From NCBI GenBank assembly GCA_050260455.1, contig JBLNCF010000014.1, positions 1-37,147 of the forward strand: 37,147 bases of DNA, read 5' to 3'. The DNA comes from Bacillota bacterium (lineage in GTDB: Bacteria; Patescibacteriota; Minisyncoccia; Phycocordibacterales; Phycocordibacteraceae). How positions within the stretch are numbered: the first letter of the stretch is position 1; the number at the start of each line of letters is the position of its first letter. The notes beneath the pieces were generated by a model. The model searched no databases, was not told the DNA's origin, and was given only the letters and a program-made list of their open reading frames with translations. The position numbers and the translations under genes were made by a program. Shown here piece by piece: positions 27,447 to 34,575 of the stretch.

Positions 27447-28733
27447 ATGCAACGGTCTGATCTGAAGCGATTCGACCTCCCGGACTGCCCTGGTGTGTAT
27501 CTCTTCACTAAGGGTAGAGGGAGGGACAAGAAGATCCTATACGTGGGGAAGGCGACTTCCCTACGTGACCGAGTACGCTCGTATTTTGATGACGACCTGA
27601 TTGCGACGCGTGGACCGCGTATCGTGGATATGGTGACCCGTGCTGATGGTCTTCTGCACGAGACGACACCGACCGTTCTTGAGGCACTGGTGCGTGAATC
27701 AGCACTTATACGTGAGCACCATCCGCCTGCGAATGCGATGGGCAAGGACGACAAGACATTTCTTTATGCCTGCATTACGGAGGAGGAAATACCCCGAGTA
27801 CTCGCTATTCGCGGGAAGGATATTGATTTCAAGAAATGCGTATCCGGAACGCTGAAGCTCAAGGCTATTCATGGCCCATTTCCGTCTGGGTATCAGCTTA
27901 AAGAAGCACTTCGTCTTATACGACGTATCTTTCCCTTCTATGACACGCCTCGTCCTATCGTTCCGGATGGAAGTCGTGCACGGGTGGATGGAAATAAGCA
28001 TCTGCAGGCAAAAGTGGAGTTCAATCGACAGATTGGCCACTACCCACGCAATATGGATCGGGCCGAATATCTGCGTTCCATTCATAATGTCTCACTCTTC
28101 TTGTCAGGCCAGGTAAAGAAACTGCGTGCTCAATTGACTCGTGATATGCAGAAGGCAGCGAAAGAAGAACGGTTTGAGGAAGCCGGGGTTATAAAGCGTC
28201 AGTTGTTCTCTTTGGATCATGTGCAGGATGTATCGCTCATTAAAGACGAAGCTCGCAGGGAATCCGGTGAGGATATCGGTCCACGTATTGAGGCATACGA
28301 TACGGCACACCTAGGGGGCACGAATGCTATCGGGGTTATGACGGTGGTTGAAAATGGACTGCCGACAAAGGCCGAATATCGCACGTTCCGTATACGAGGG
28401 TATGGGGGCAAGTCACTGAACGACGATATCGCCTCGCTCAAAGAAATACTTTCTCGACGTCTGGGTCACACCGAGTGGCCGCTGCCGCGTGCCTTTGTGG
28501 TGGATGGTGGAAAGACGCACAAGAAGGCAGCGGAAGAACTACTTAAAGAGCTTGGTATCGGTATTCCGGTTGTGGCGGTTGTAAAAGATGATCGTCATCG
28601 CCCAAGAGAAGTGCTGGGTGGCAGGCGCGCAGGCATTACCGATGCCGATGCGGTACTTGCGAACTCCGAAGCGCATCGTTTCTCACTTTCCAAACATCGC
28701 CAGGCCCGCTCGCGTGCACTTAAACAGAAGTGA
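27447..28733 (+). CDS. uvrC: Excinuclease ABC subunit C (shortened)
   Basis: GIY-YIG (PGVYLF...LYVGKA-SLRDRVRSYF), UVR (M..AA.EERFEEA), RNase H-like domain (RIEAYD-AH, VDGG, EAHRF). Start MQRSDL at 27447. Confidence 0.9.
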   Translation: MQRSDLKRFDLPDCPGVYLFTKGRGRDKKILYVGKATSLRDRVRSYFDDDLIATRGPRIVDMVTRADGLLHETTPTVLEALVRESALIREHHPPANAMGKDDKTFLYACITEEEIPRVLAIRGKDIDFKKCVSGTLKLKAIHGPFPSGYQLKEALRLIRRIFPFYDTPRPIVPDGSRARVDGNKHLQAKVEFNRQIGHYPRNMDRAEYLRSIHNVSLFLSGQVKKLRAQLTRDMQKAAKEERFEEAGVIKRQLFSLDHVQDVSLIKDEARRESGEDIGPRIEAYDTAHLGGTNAIGVMTVVENGLPTKAEYRTFRIRGYGGKSLNDDIASLKEILSRRLGHTEWPLPRAFVVDGGKTHKKAAEELLKELGIGIPVVAVVKDDRHRPREVLGGRRAGITDADAVLANSEAHRFSLSKHRQARSRALKQK

Positions 28734-28741
28734 ATAGCATC

Positions 28742-29121
28742 GGTTGCTAAATCCAAGGGCCGTGCTAGCTTTGTTTCTTGTGGGCCTTGGTCCACCGTTC
28801 AAACGGAAGAGGAGGGCGTATGCGCTACCTCGAGTGTGGCGCCGTCAAGGCCGCACGCCGGGAGCACCCGCCTTAGCGAGGCTGCAACCAGAACATCAGG
28901 GAAACGAACAGGAGGGGGAGGCAGAATGGTTACGAAGGATGTACAGGGCTGCCCGGAGCGGGTAAGCATTGTTAACGAGGCTAACGCCTTCGTGCTACAC
29001 ACCACAATCTAGAGACCTTTCGCGGAGGTAATTCTCCGAACAGCTTGCGAGCAGAGCTCGCTTGCGCAATAACACCCGGGCCGGAACAGAGCATCGCTCT
29101 GATTCCGGCCCACTTATTTTT
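28742..29121 (+). ncRNA. Candidate large structured non-coding RNA (unidentified family)
   Basis: About 380-nt intergenic stretch with roughly 11 helices and a 10-bp pseudoknot; G-U pairs and the U-rich terminator tail point to the + strand. See findings. Confidence 0.6.
29078..29121 (+). terminator. Terminator closing the structured RNA
   Basis: GGGCCGGAA-CAGAGC-ATC-GCTCTG-A-TTCCGGCCC followed by ACTTATTTTT. Confidence 0.7.
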
Positions 29122-29158
29122 ATACCGATATGCCACGAGTGCTTGGTATACTCTTCCT

Positions 29159-30133
29159 ATGCGCGGAACTGTTGTGGGGGTGCTGCGAGGAGGTCCATCA
29201 AGCGAGCATACGGTCTCGCTCAAAACAGGGCATGCCATTCTTACGCATCTTCCCCAGGATCGTTACACCGCTCGTGATATCTACATTGATCGGCAAGGAG
29301 TCTGGCACGAGCATGGCGTGGCTACCGCTCCCGAGCGAGTTCTTCCTATGCTCGATGCCGTCATTATTGGTCTCCATGGCGAGTATGGCGAGGACGGTCG
29401 TGTACAACGCCTCCTAGAGCAGTACGGAGTCCCCTATACGGGTGCTGATTCATTTGCTTCAGCAGTTGCTATGCATAAAGTCCTTACCAAAGAGAAGGCA
29501 AAGGAGGTGGGGTTACTTACGCCCAAGTACCACTTTATTGGTCCCGAGGATGATATAGAGACTGCCGCCATTACGATCACGCGCACCTTTCCACAGCCGG
29601 TGGTGGTGAAGCCCGTGGCGCTTGGGTCGTCGGTAGGAGTATCAGTGGTGGGTGGGTACTTGCCCGTACGCAAAGCAATAGAAGCACTCATGCAGGATTC
29701 AATGGGTGTGCTCGTAGAGGAGCTTATTCGCGGCAGGGAAGCCACGGCGGGTATTGTGGAGCATCTCCGGGGCGATGAGTACTACCAGCTCCCGCCGGTA
29801 GAGATCATTCCCCCACCCTCGGCTACGTTTTTTGATAACGAAGTGAAATACAATGGGGAATCACAGGAGATCGTGCCGGGACGTTTCTCAAAACAGGAAA
29901 GCATTGAGCTCATGAATCAGGCCCGCCTCATGCATCAATCACTCGGTCTTCGGCACTATTCCCGCAGCGACTTCATTGTCTCGCCGCGTGGCATCTATTT
30001 CCTTGAGACGAATACCCTTCCGGGCCTCACAAGTGAGTCGCTTCTCCCGAAGTCGCTGGCTGCGGTGGGGGTGAAGTTTCCTGACTTCCTATCGCATCTG
30101 GTTGAGCTTTCACTTGGCCATAAACCTGACTAG
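29159..30133 (+). CDS. ddl: D-alanine--D-alanine ligase
   Basis: GGPSSEH-VSL-TG, HGEYGEDG, PVVVKP...GSSVG, EE-I-GRE, KY, SRSDF and LETNTLPGLT..S..P motifs. Confidence 0.95.
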   Translation: MRGTVVGVLRGGPSSEHTVSLKTGHAILTHLPQDRYTARDIYIDRQGVWHEHGVATAPERVLPMLDAVIIGLHGEYGEDGRVQRLLEQYGVPYTGADSFASAVAMHKVLTKEKAKEVGLLTPKYHFIGPEDDIETAAITITRTFPQPVVVKPVALGSSVGVSVVGGYLPVRKAIEALMQDSMGVLVEELIRGREATAGIVEHLRGDEYYQLPPVEIIPPPSATFFDNEVKYNGESQEIVPGRFSKQESIELMNQARLMHQSLGLRHYSRSDFIVSPRGIYFLETNTLPGLTSESLLPKSLAAVGVKFPDFLSHLVELSLGHKPD

Positions 30134-30134
30134 C

Positions 30135-30467
30135 ATGACCGATCTTGCGAGTAAGAAATGCGTGCCGTGCGAGAACGATGGCTTTCCACCGCTTACTAAG
30201 GAGCAGGCGAATGACTTTATGCAGCATGTGCCGCTCTGGAGTGTGAATGAAGAGGCAACCGAGATCTTCCGCACGTTCCGCTTCCCAGATTTCAAACAAG
30301 CACTCGAGTTTACGAATAAGATTGGTGCACTCGCGGAGGAAGAAGGCCATCATCCAGATATCCAGCTCGGCTGGGGAAAGGTAGGTGTCACCCTTACCAC
30401 CCACAGCGTTAAGGGTCTGTCCGAGAATGACTTTGTGCTTGCTGCCAAGATAGACTTGCTGACATAG
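30135..30467 (+). CDS. phhB: Pterin-4-alpha-carbinolamine dehydratase
   Basis: CVPC N-terminus, AEEEGHHPDI...W..V...THSV-GLSENDF-LAAKID. Confidence 0.92.
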   Translation: MTDLASKKCVPCENDGFPPLTKEQANDFMQHVPLWSVNEEATEIFRTFRFPDFKQALEFTNKIGALAEEEGHHPDIQLGWGKVGVTLTTHSVKGLSENDFVLAAKIDLLT

Positions 30468-30496
30468 GAAAAGGGGTGTGCTATAAATATCCGGAC

Positions 30497-30569
30497 GGGC
30501 CGTTAGCTCAGTTGGTAGAGCACCTCTTTTGCAAAGAGGGGGTCGCAGGTTCGAATCCTGTACGGTCCA
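30497..30569 (+). tRNA. tRNA-Ala(TGC), CCA not encoded
   Basis: Cloverleaf with GGGCCGT/ACGGTCC acceptor stem (G3:U70), anticodon TGC at 30530-30532 and GGTTCGAATCC T-arm. Confidence 0.96.
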
Positions 30570-30628
30570 CATCCTTCAAAATTTGGCTTGAAATCTGTGG
30601 ACCCGACACGAGTCGGGTCCGAGCCATT

Positions 30629-30820
30629 TTAATAGCTCAGGTCACCTGCACGGCTGCCGTACATGATCTGGTTCACGTACTCCTCAAGTTCAAGGAGTTC
30701 GTCTTCCATATCGTCGAGCGCTTCATATGCTTCACAGAAGGCTCGGTACAGCATCCCTACAAGGCGCTCCCGCTCCTCAAGGGAGAGGAGCGAGACCAGT
30801 CCTCCGTATGGAATGTGCAT
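30629..30820 (-). CDS. Possible small acidic helical protein
   Basis: 63-aa ORF with amphipathic acidic composition; no clear RBS. Confidence 0.35.
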   Translation of the reverse strand: MHIPYGGLVSLLSLEERERLVGMLYRAFCEAYEALDDMEDELLELEEYVNQIMYGSRAGDLSY

Positions 30821-30986
30821 ACGCGTTTGTTAGGGCGGCTAACGGGCTGCGCAGCCTTGGGCATGATCTATCGGGGTGGAGAGGAGTGCACGGCGTGATC
30901 TTGAGCGCTTAGCGCTTATTTGGGGCCTGAAAAAGGGCATTGTGCATCACGCTACCATCACCTGAATGTGGGTATATAATATCCAC

Positions 30987-31172
30987 ATGCGCGACATTGA
31001 CCTGACAGGTGTCATAAAAAAGGAACACGAAAAGAAATGGGTGGCCTTAACTAGAGATAATAAGCGGGTGGTAGCTTATAGCGATGATTTAGTTCAATTA
31101 GACAAGGAGGTAGGGGGGCAAGATGTAGTTTTTATGAGAGTGCCACCTTTTGAGCCTTACCTTAGCTTTTAA
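30987..31172 (+). CDS. Small protein, DUF5678-like
   Basis: KWVAL......VVAYSDDL..L........VVFMRVP pattern. ATG 30987 lies 6 nt after TATAAT. Confidence 0.7.
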   Translation: MRDIDLTGVIKKEHEKKWVALTRDNKRVVAYSDDLVQLDKEVGGQDVVFMRVPPFEPYLSF

Positions 31173-31175
31173 GCA

Positions 31176-31610
31176 ATGTCGGCCAAATGGTTCCCTTATC
31201 ATGGGTACACTCGCCCGGGAGAACTGAATTACACCCGTCGTCCTTTAATTGATGTTGAAATAGGAGTAGAAGATCGCACAAGGGTATTCAAGGCGCTTAT
31301 AGATTCGGGCACAGAGATTACCGTAATGGATAGTGGGATAGGGACATTGCTCGGCCTTAACCCTGAAAATTATCCTACTGGGCGCTTATCCGGTATCGAA
31401 GATTGGAAAGAAGGATACGTTGCGCCAATCTCATTCAGGATAGATGGATTCGATGATATGTTTACATTTCGAGTCTTATTTATCGAAGGTGTAGGCAAGA
31501 ATTTTGACATCCTCCTAGGACAACAGGATTTCTTCAGAAATTTTCGAGTGGTTTTCGAGCGCTCAGAGAAGAGGTTCTCCTTGGAGAGAGTTCCCGAGCA
31601 GGATGACTAA
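31176..31610 (+). CDS. Retropepsin-like (clan AA) single-domain aspartyl protease
   Basis: RPLIDV...ALIDSGTE catalytic motif and ILLGQQDFF flap-distal motif. Confidence 0.85.
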   Translation: MSAKWFPYHGYTRPGELNYTRRPLIDVEIGVEDRTRVFKALIDSGTEITVMDSGIGTLLGLNPENYPTGRLSGIEDWKEGYVAPISFRIDGFDDMFTFRVLFIEGVGKNFDILLGQQDFFRNFRVVFERSEKRFSLERVPEQDD

Positions 31611-31644
31611 TCTAATTTTCCATCCATTTCTGCAAATTCTGAAC

Positions 31645-31824
31645 ATGATTTACTCCAAAGATGGCAAGTGTCCGCACTGCGGCAGCGAAAAGGTCAGTGA
31701 TACTCGCGATCGCGCTTCTGGTCATGCTGCCACAATCAGCACGGTAAGAGGGACATACCCGGAACCGTACATCCCCATAATCAAGTGTCACGACTGCGAA
31801 GAAAGGTTTACCATAGATCCATGA
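31645..31824 (+). CDS. Small zinc-ribbon protein
   Basis: CPHCGS ... CHDCEERF (two CxxC pairs). Alternative start at 31603. Confidence 0.6.
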   Translation: MIYSKDGKCPHCGSEKVSDTRDRASGHAATISTVRGTYPEPYIPIIKCHDCEERFTIDP

Positions 31825-31978
31825 GGGGCAAACCAATCGCCTCCGCTCAGGATGCCAACGGTTCATTCTCATGGACTTGGGGGACTTGAGGGACTTCGTA
31901 TGACATCTCCTCCTGCACCAATTGCTCATACCACTCACGTAAAGTTCGAGGTTGGACACAGCGCGGTCCACCGTATCA

Positions 31979-32013
31979 GACAAGAGACGCCCAGCGGCGT
32001 CTCTTGTCCTTTT
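31979..32013 (+). terminator. Intrinsic terminator
   Basis: GACAAGAGACGCC-CAGC-GGCGTCTCTTGTC followed by CTTTT. Confidence 0.75.
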
Positions 32014-32074
32014 ATCTGCTATTCTAGATAAATAGAACCGCCTAAGCGGAAGAGAACATTCAAGGGAGGCTATC

Positions 32075-32458
32075 TTGCTCCAGAAACCAAAAGTGGTGGA
32101 AGCCGATACGGATGTGATACGGCTCTACAGTCCTGCATCTGACACGTATGTTTCCGTATCATTCGAATTTGGAACGGTACATGGACACGATCGGTTCCTG
32201 CAGTCACGCCGCACGTTCCTTGATTTCGTTAACTGCGGCGGTAAGGTAGTTATCGAGGTTCCCCATCATATCTACGACGAGGACATCCAACGCGAGAAGG
32301 AATTTGGTCTTCGTGCCATCCGCGAGAGCGCAAGTATCAAAGGTGTTACCGAGCGTCAGAGTATGACGGAAGAAGAGATGGAGGCAGTGTGCGAGAGAGC
32401 CGTGGAAGCTTATATCGCATCTGTTCAGTCTCGAGTACATAAAAGACGTCGACGATAA
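32075..32458 (+). CDS. Hypothetical protein (ORFan), TTG start
   Basis: GGGAGG SD 5 nt upstream; hairpin CCCTAGC/GCTAGGG downstream. Confidence 0.6.
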   Translation: MLQKPKVVEADTDVIRLYSPASDTYVSVSFEFGTVHGHDRFLQSRRTFLDFVNCGGKVVIEVPHHIYDEDIQREKEFGLRAIRESASIKGVTERQSMTEEEMEAVCERAVEAYIASVQSRVHKRRRR

Positions 32459-32557
32459 AGTCCCTAGCCTTGCGCTAGGGGCACGTCTTTTTATGTGAGT
32501 TGCTGTACTCGCCTGGCAGGAGTACCCTTTATTCAGAACCTAACAAGGGAGGCCGCG

Positions 32558-33133
32558 ATGGCTCCGTTACCGAAACGCACCGAACACACCACGTGGAAGA
32601 ACCCGGAACCGTACACCGACATTCATGCTGTCCTGCAGCTGCTGGACGAGCAATCCAAGACCTACGAGCCTTTCCACCTCGACCAGTGTCGCCGTGAAGG
32701 GTGCGAGTGGGAAATAACGGTCCCGTGGTACACCCATGGTGACAGCGGCGGCGATCGTTCGGGTCACGATTATTACCAGATTGATCCCGCGCTCGCGGAA
32801 CAGCTGGTGAAGGACGGCCTGGTTATAAAGCGCAGCATTCCGCATATGGGGTATACCGAGACTCGTGAACACGAGTTCGTCATTTCCCGCCGCGGCAAAG
32901 TCATGCTCAAAACGTACCTCGACGAGATGCGTGAGAAGGCGGAAGCGCTACTGGTCCCTGGCGTGCATACCGACCTGACCGGTGAACCGGCATCTCAAGG
33001 GTATGACCGAGAGCACTGGCGGTACGGCGACCTGTACTTCATGTTCAAGTTACCGACTGGTGGAAGTTGCAAGGTGTATCCGGAACAGGGAAAGCTCGTA
33101 TTACCTGGGTCGGAGGATGCACAAGCTGCATAG
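32558..33133 (+). CDS. Hypothetical protein (ORFan), 191 aa
   Basis: GGGAGG SD before ATG 32558; hairpin CCCCGTGGAG/CTCCGCGGGG immediately after the stop. Confidence 0.65.
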   Translation: MAPLPKRTEHTTWKNPEPYTDIHAVLQLLDEQSKTYEPFHLDQCRREGCEWEITVPWYTHGDSGGDRSGHDYYQIDPALAEQLVKDGLVIKRSIPHMGYTETREHEFVISRRGKVMLKTYLDEMREKAEALLVPGVHTDLTGEPASQGYDREHWRYGDLYFMFKLPTGGSCKVYPEQGKLVLPGSEDAQAA

Positions 33134-33176
33134 CCCCGTGGAGAGCCTCGCGCCCTCCGCGGGGTTCTTCACTTCC

Positions 33177-33215
33177 AAATGAAAAGAGACCTCGCGAAGA
33201 GGTCTCTTTTCATTT
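33177..33215. terminator. Bidirectional terminator
   Basis: AAATGAAAAGAGACCTC-GCGAA-GAGGTCTCTTTTCATTT, a 17-bp perfect stem between an ORFan and the tRNA pair. Confidence 0.8.
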
Positions 33216-33288
33216 GGTCGGGCCGCCGAGAATCGAACTCGGGTTATACGCACCCGAAGCGTACGTAATACCACTATACCACGGCCCG
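33215..33288 (-). tRNA. tRNA-Pro(CGG), CCA encoded
   Basis: CGGGCCG/CGGCCCG acceptor stem, TACGC-TT-CGG-GT-GCGTA anticodon arm, GTTCGATTC T-loop and ACCA end. Confidence 0.93.
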
Positions 33289-33289
33289 G

Positions 33290-33362
33290 TGGACGATAGA
33301 GGATTCGAACCTCTGACCCCACCCGTGTGAAGGGTGTGCTCTACCAACTGAGCTAATCGTCC
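33290..33362 (-). tRNA. tRNA-Val(CAC)
   Basis: GGACGAT/ATCGTCC acceptor stem, CACCC-TT-CAC-AC-GGGTG anticodon arm and GGTTCGAATCC T-arm. Confidence 0.94.
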
Positions 33363-33411
33363 GGTAATCCGCACAATACCAAATCTATAGCCCGAATGCT
33401 ACGCTTATCCC

Positions 33412-33993
33412 ATGATTGAGCGGCCAGAAAGCTTGCAGCCTATTCCACCGCATGCGATTCGAGTGTTCGAGGGCAAGATATTCGAGATCTATCAGTGGGA
33501 GCAGGAGCTTTTCGACGGCACGACTACCATTTTTGAGAAAGCCAAGCGCACACACGATAGTGTCGTTGCGATACCGATACTTCCTGATGGAAAGCTTCTC
33601 ATCACTGAAGACGAACAGCCGGGGCGAGCAAAGTTAGTGACATTCCCCGGAGGCCAGATGGATACCGACGAGGATCCGCAGGCTGCTGTGCTCCGTGAGC
33701 TTGAAGAAGAGACTGGCTATACAAGCTCTGATATCTCGTATTGGTTCGGATTTCAGCCAGAAGCAAAGGTGGATTATGCGGTCTATTTCTTTATCGCTCG
33801 CAACTGCGTACCGGATGGAGAAATTCATCACGACGCAGGTGAACGCATTAAGGTGCGTACGGTAACGCTTGATGAACTCATTGAGCTGTCGGACGAACCA
33901 CGATTCCAAAACACCGCGCTTGCACCGCTTCTTATAAGTGCTCGGTACAATGCTGACGCGAAGGCGAAGCTCGCTCATCAACTTGGACTATGA
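33412..33993 (+). CDS. Nudix hydrolase (ADP-ribose pyrophosphatase-like)
   Basis: Nudix box GGQMDTDEDPQAAVLRELEEETGY and downstream DAGE-I-V. Confidence 0.88.
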   Translation: MIERPESLQPIPPHAIRVFEGKIFEIYQWEQELFDGTTTIFEKAKRTHDSVVAIPILPDGKLLITEDEQPGRAKLVTFPGGQMDTDEDPQAAVLRELEEETGYTSSDISYWFGFQPEAKVDYAVYFFIARNCVPDGEIHHDAGERIKVRTVTLDELIELSDEPRFQNTALAPLLISARYNADAKAKLAHQLGL

Positions 33994-34460
33994 AATACAA
34001 ACAAATACTTCCATTCCTGATTTGTATTGGTCTGGCATTTCTAGCGGGAGCCATCGGCTCGTTCTATACGTTCCCGAACATTGCGAGTTGGTATGCCGGA
34101 CTCGTGCACCCGTCTTGGACGCCACCTAACTGGGTCTTCGGTCCGGTATGGACCACCCTCTACATTCTTATGGGCATGGCTGCGGCACTGATTTGGCGAA
34201 GTGGAAGGAAAGGTACATTGCTTCCACTTGCTCTGTATTTCGTACAGCTGACGGTGAATGCTTCGTGGTCCATCGTATTCTTCGGCATGCATAACCTCAT
34301 CGGAGGACTGGTGATCATCAAGGTTCTCTGGCTCATGATCGCCGCCCTTATGGCCCTCTCGTGGCGTTATTCGCGTACTGCGACGTACCTTCTTATTCCG
34401 TATCTGCTGTGGGTGACCTACGCAGCGACACTCAACCTCGGAATCTTTCTCCTCAACTAA
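33990..34460 (+). CDS. tspO: TspO/MBR tryptophan-rich sensory protein
   Basis: WY..L..PSWTPPNWVFGPVWTTLY-LMG, WS-VFFG and LLIPYLLWVTYAA-LN motifs. Confidence 0.93.
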   Translation: MKYKQILPFLICIGLAFLAGAIGSFYTFPNIASWYAGLVHPSWTPPNWVFGPVWTTLYILMGMAAALIWRSGRKGTLLPLALYFVQLTVNASWSIVFFGMHNLIGGLVIIKVLWLMIAALMALSWRYSRTATYLLIPYLLWVTYAATLNLGIFLLN

Positions 34461-34499
34461 ACTTACGTAGCGAACTGTGCTATGAATCTGTAGTACAAA

Positions 34500-34573
34500 C
34501 GGGCCGTAGTATACCGGTAGTACGCGTCCATGGGGTGGATGTAGACCGGGTTCGATTCCCGGCGGCCCGACCA
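34500..34573 (+). tRNA. tRNA-Pro(GGG), CCA encoded
   Basis: CGGGCCG/CGGCCCG acceptor stem, CGTCC-AT-GGG-GT-GGATG anticodon arm, GGTTCGATTCC T-arm and ACCA end. Confidence 0.93.
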
Positions 34574-34575
34574 AC

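Noticed and set aside
28742-29121. Identification of the structured RNA as RNase P RNA, tmRNA, SRP RNA or a group I intron
   Set aside because: I found no GAGGAAAGUCC/ACANAANNCGGCUUA P4 elements, no tRNA-Ala-like acceptor/T-arm or tag ending in AA, no SRP helix-8 core and no group I P7 pairing. Partial look-alikes (GGUUACGAAGG, CAGGGAAAC) lack their partners. An Infernal search is needed to be definitive.
31612-31983. 123-aa minus-strand ORF
   Set aside because: It overlaps the Zn-ribbon gene, starts inside a terminator hairpin and has non-protein-like composition.
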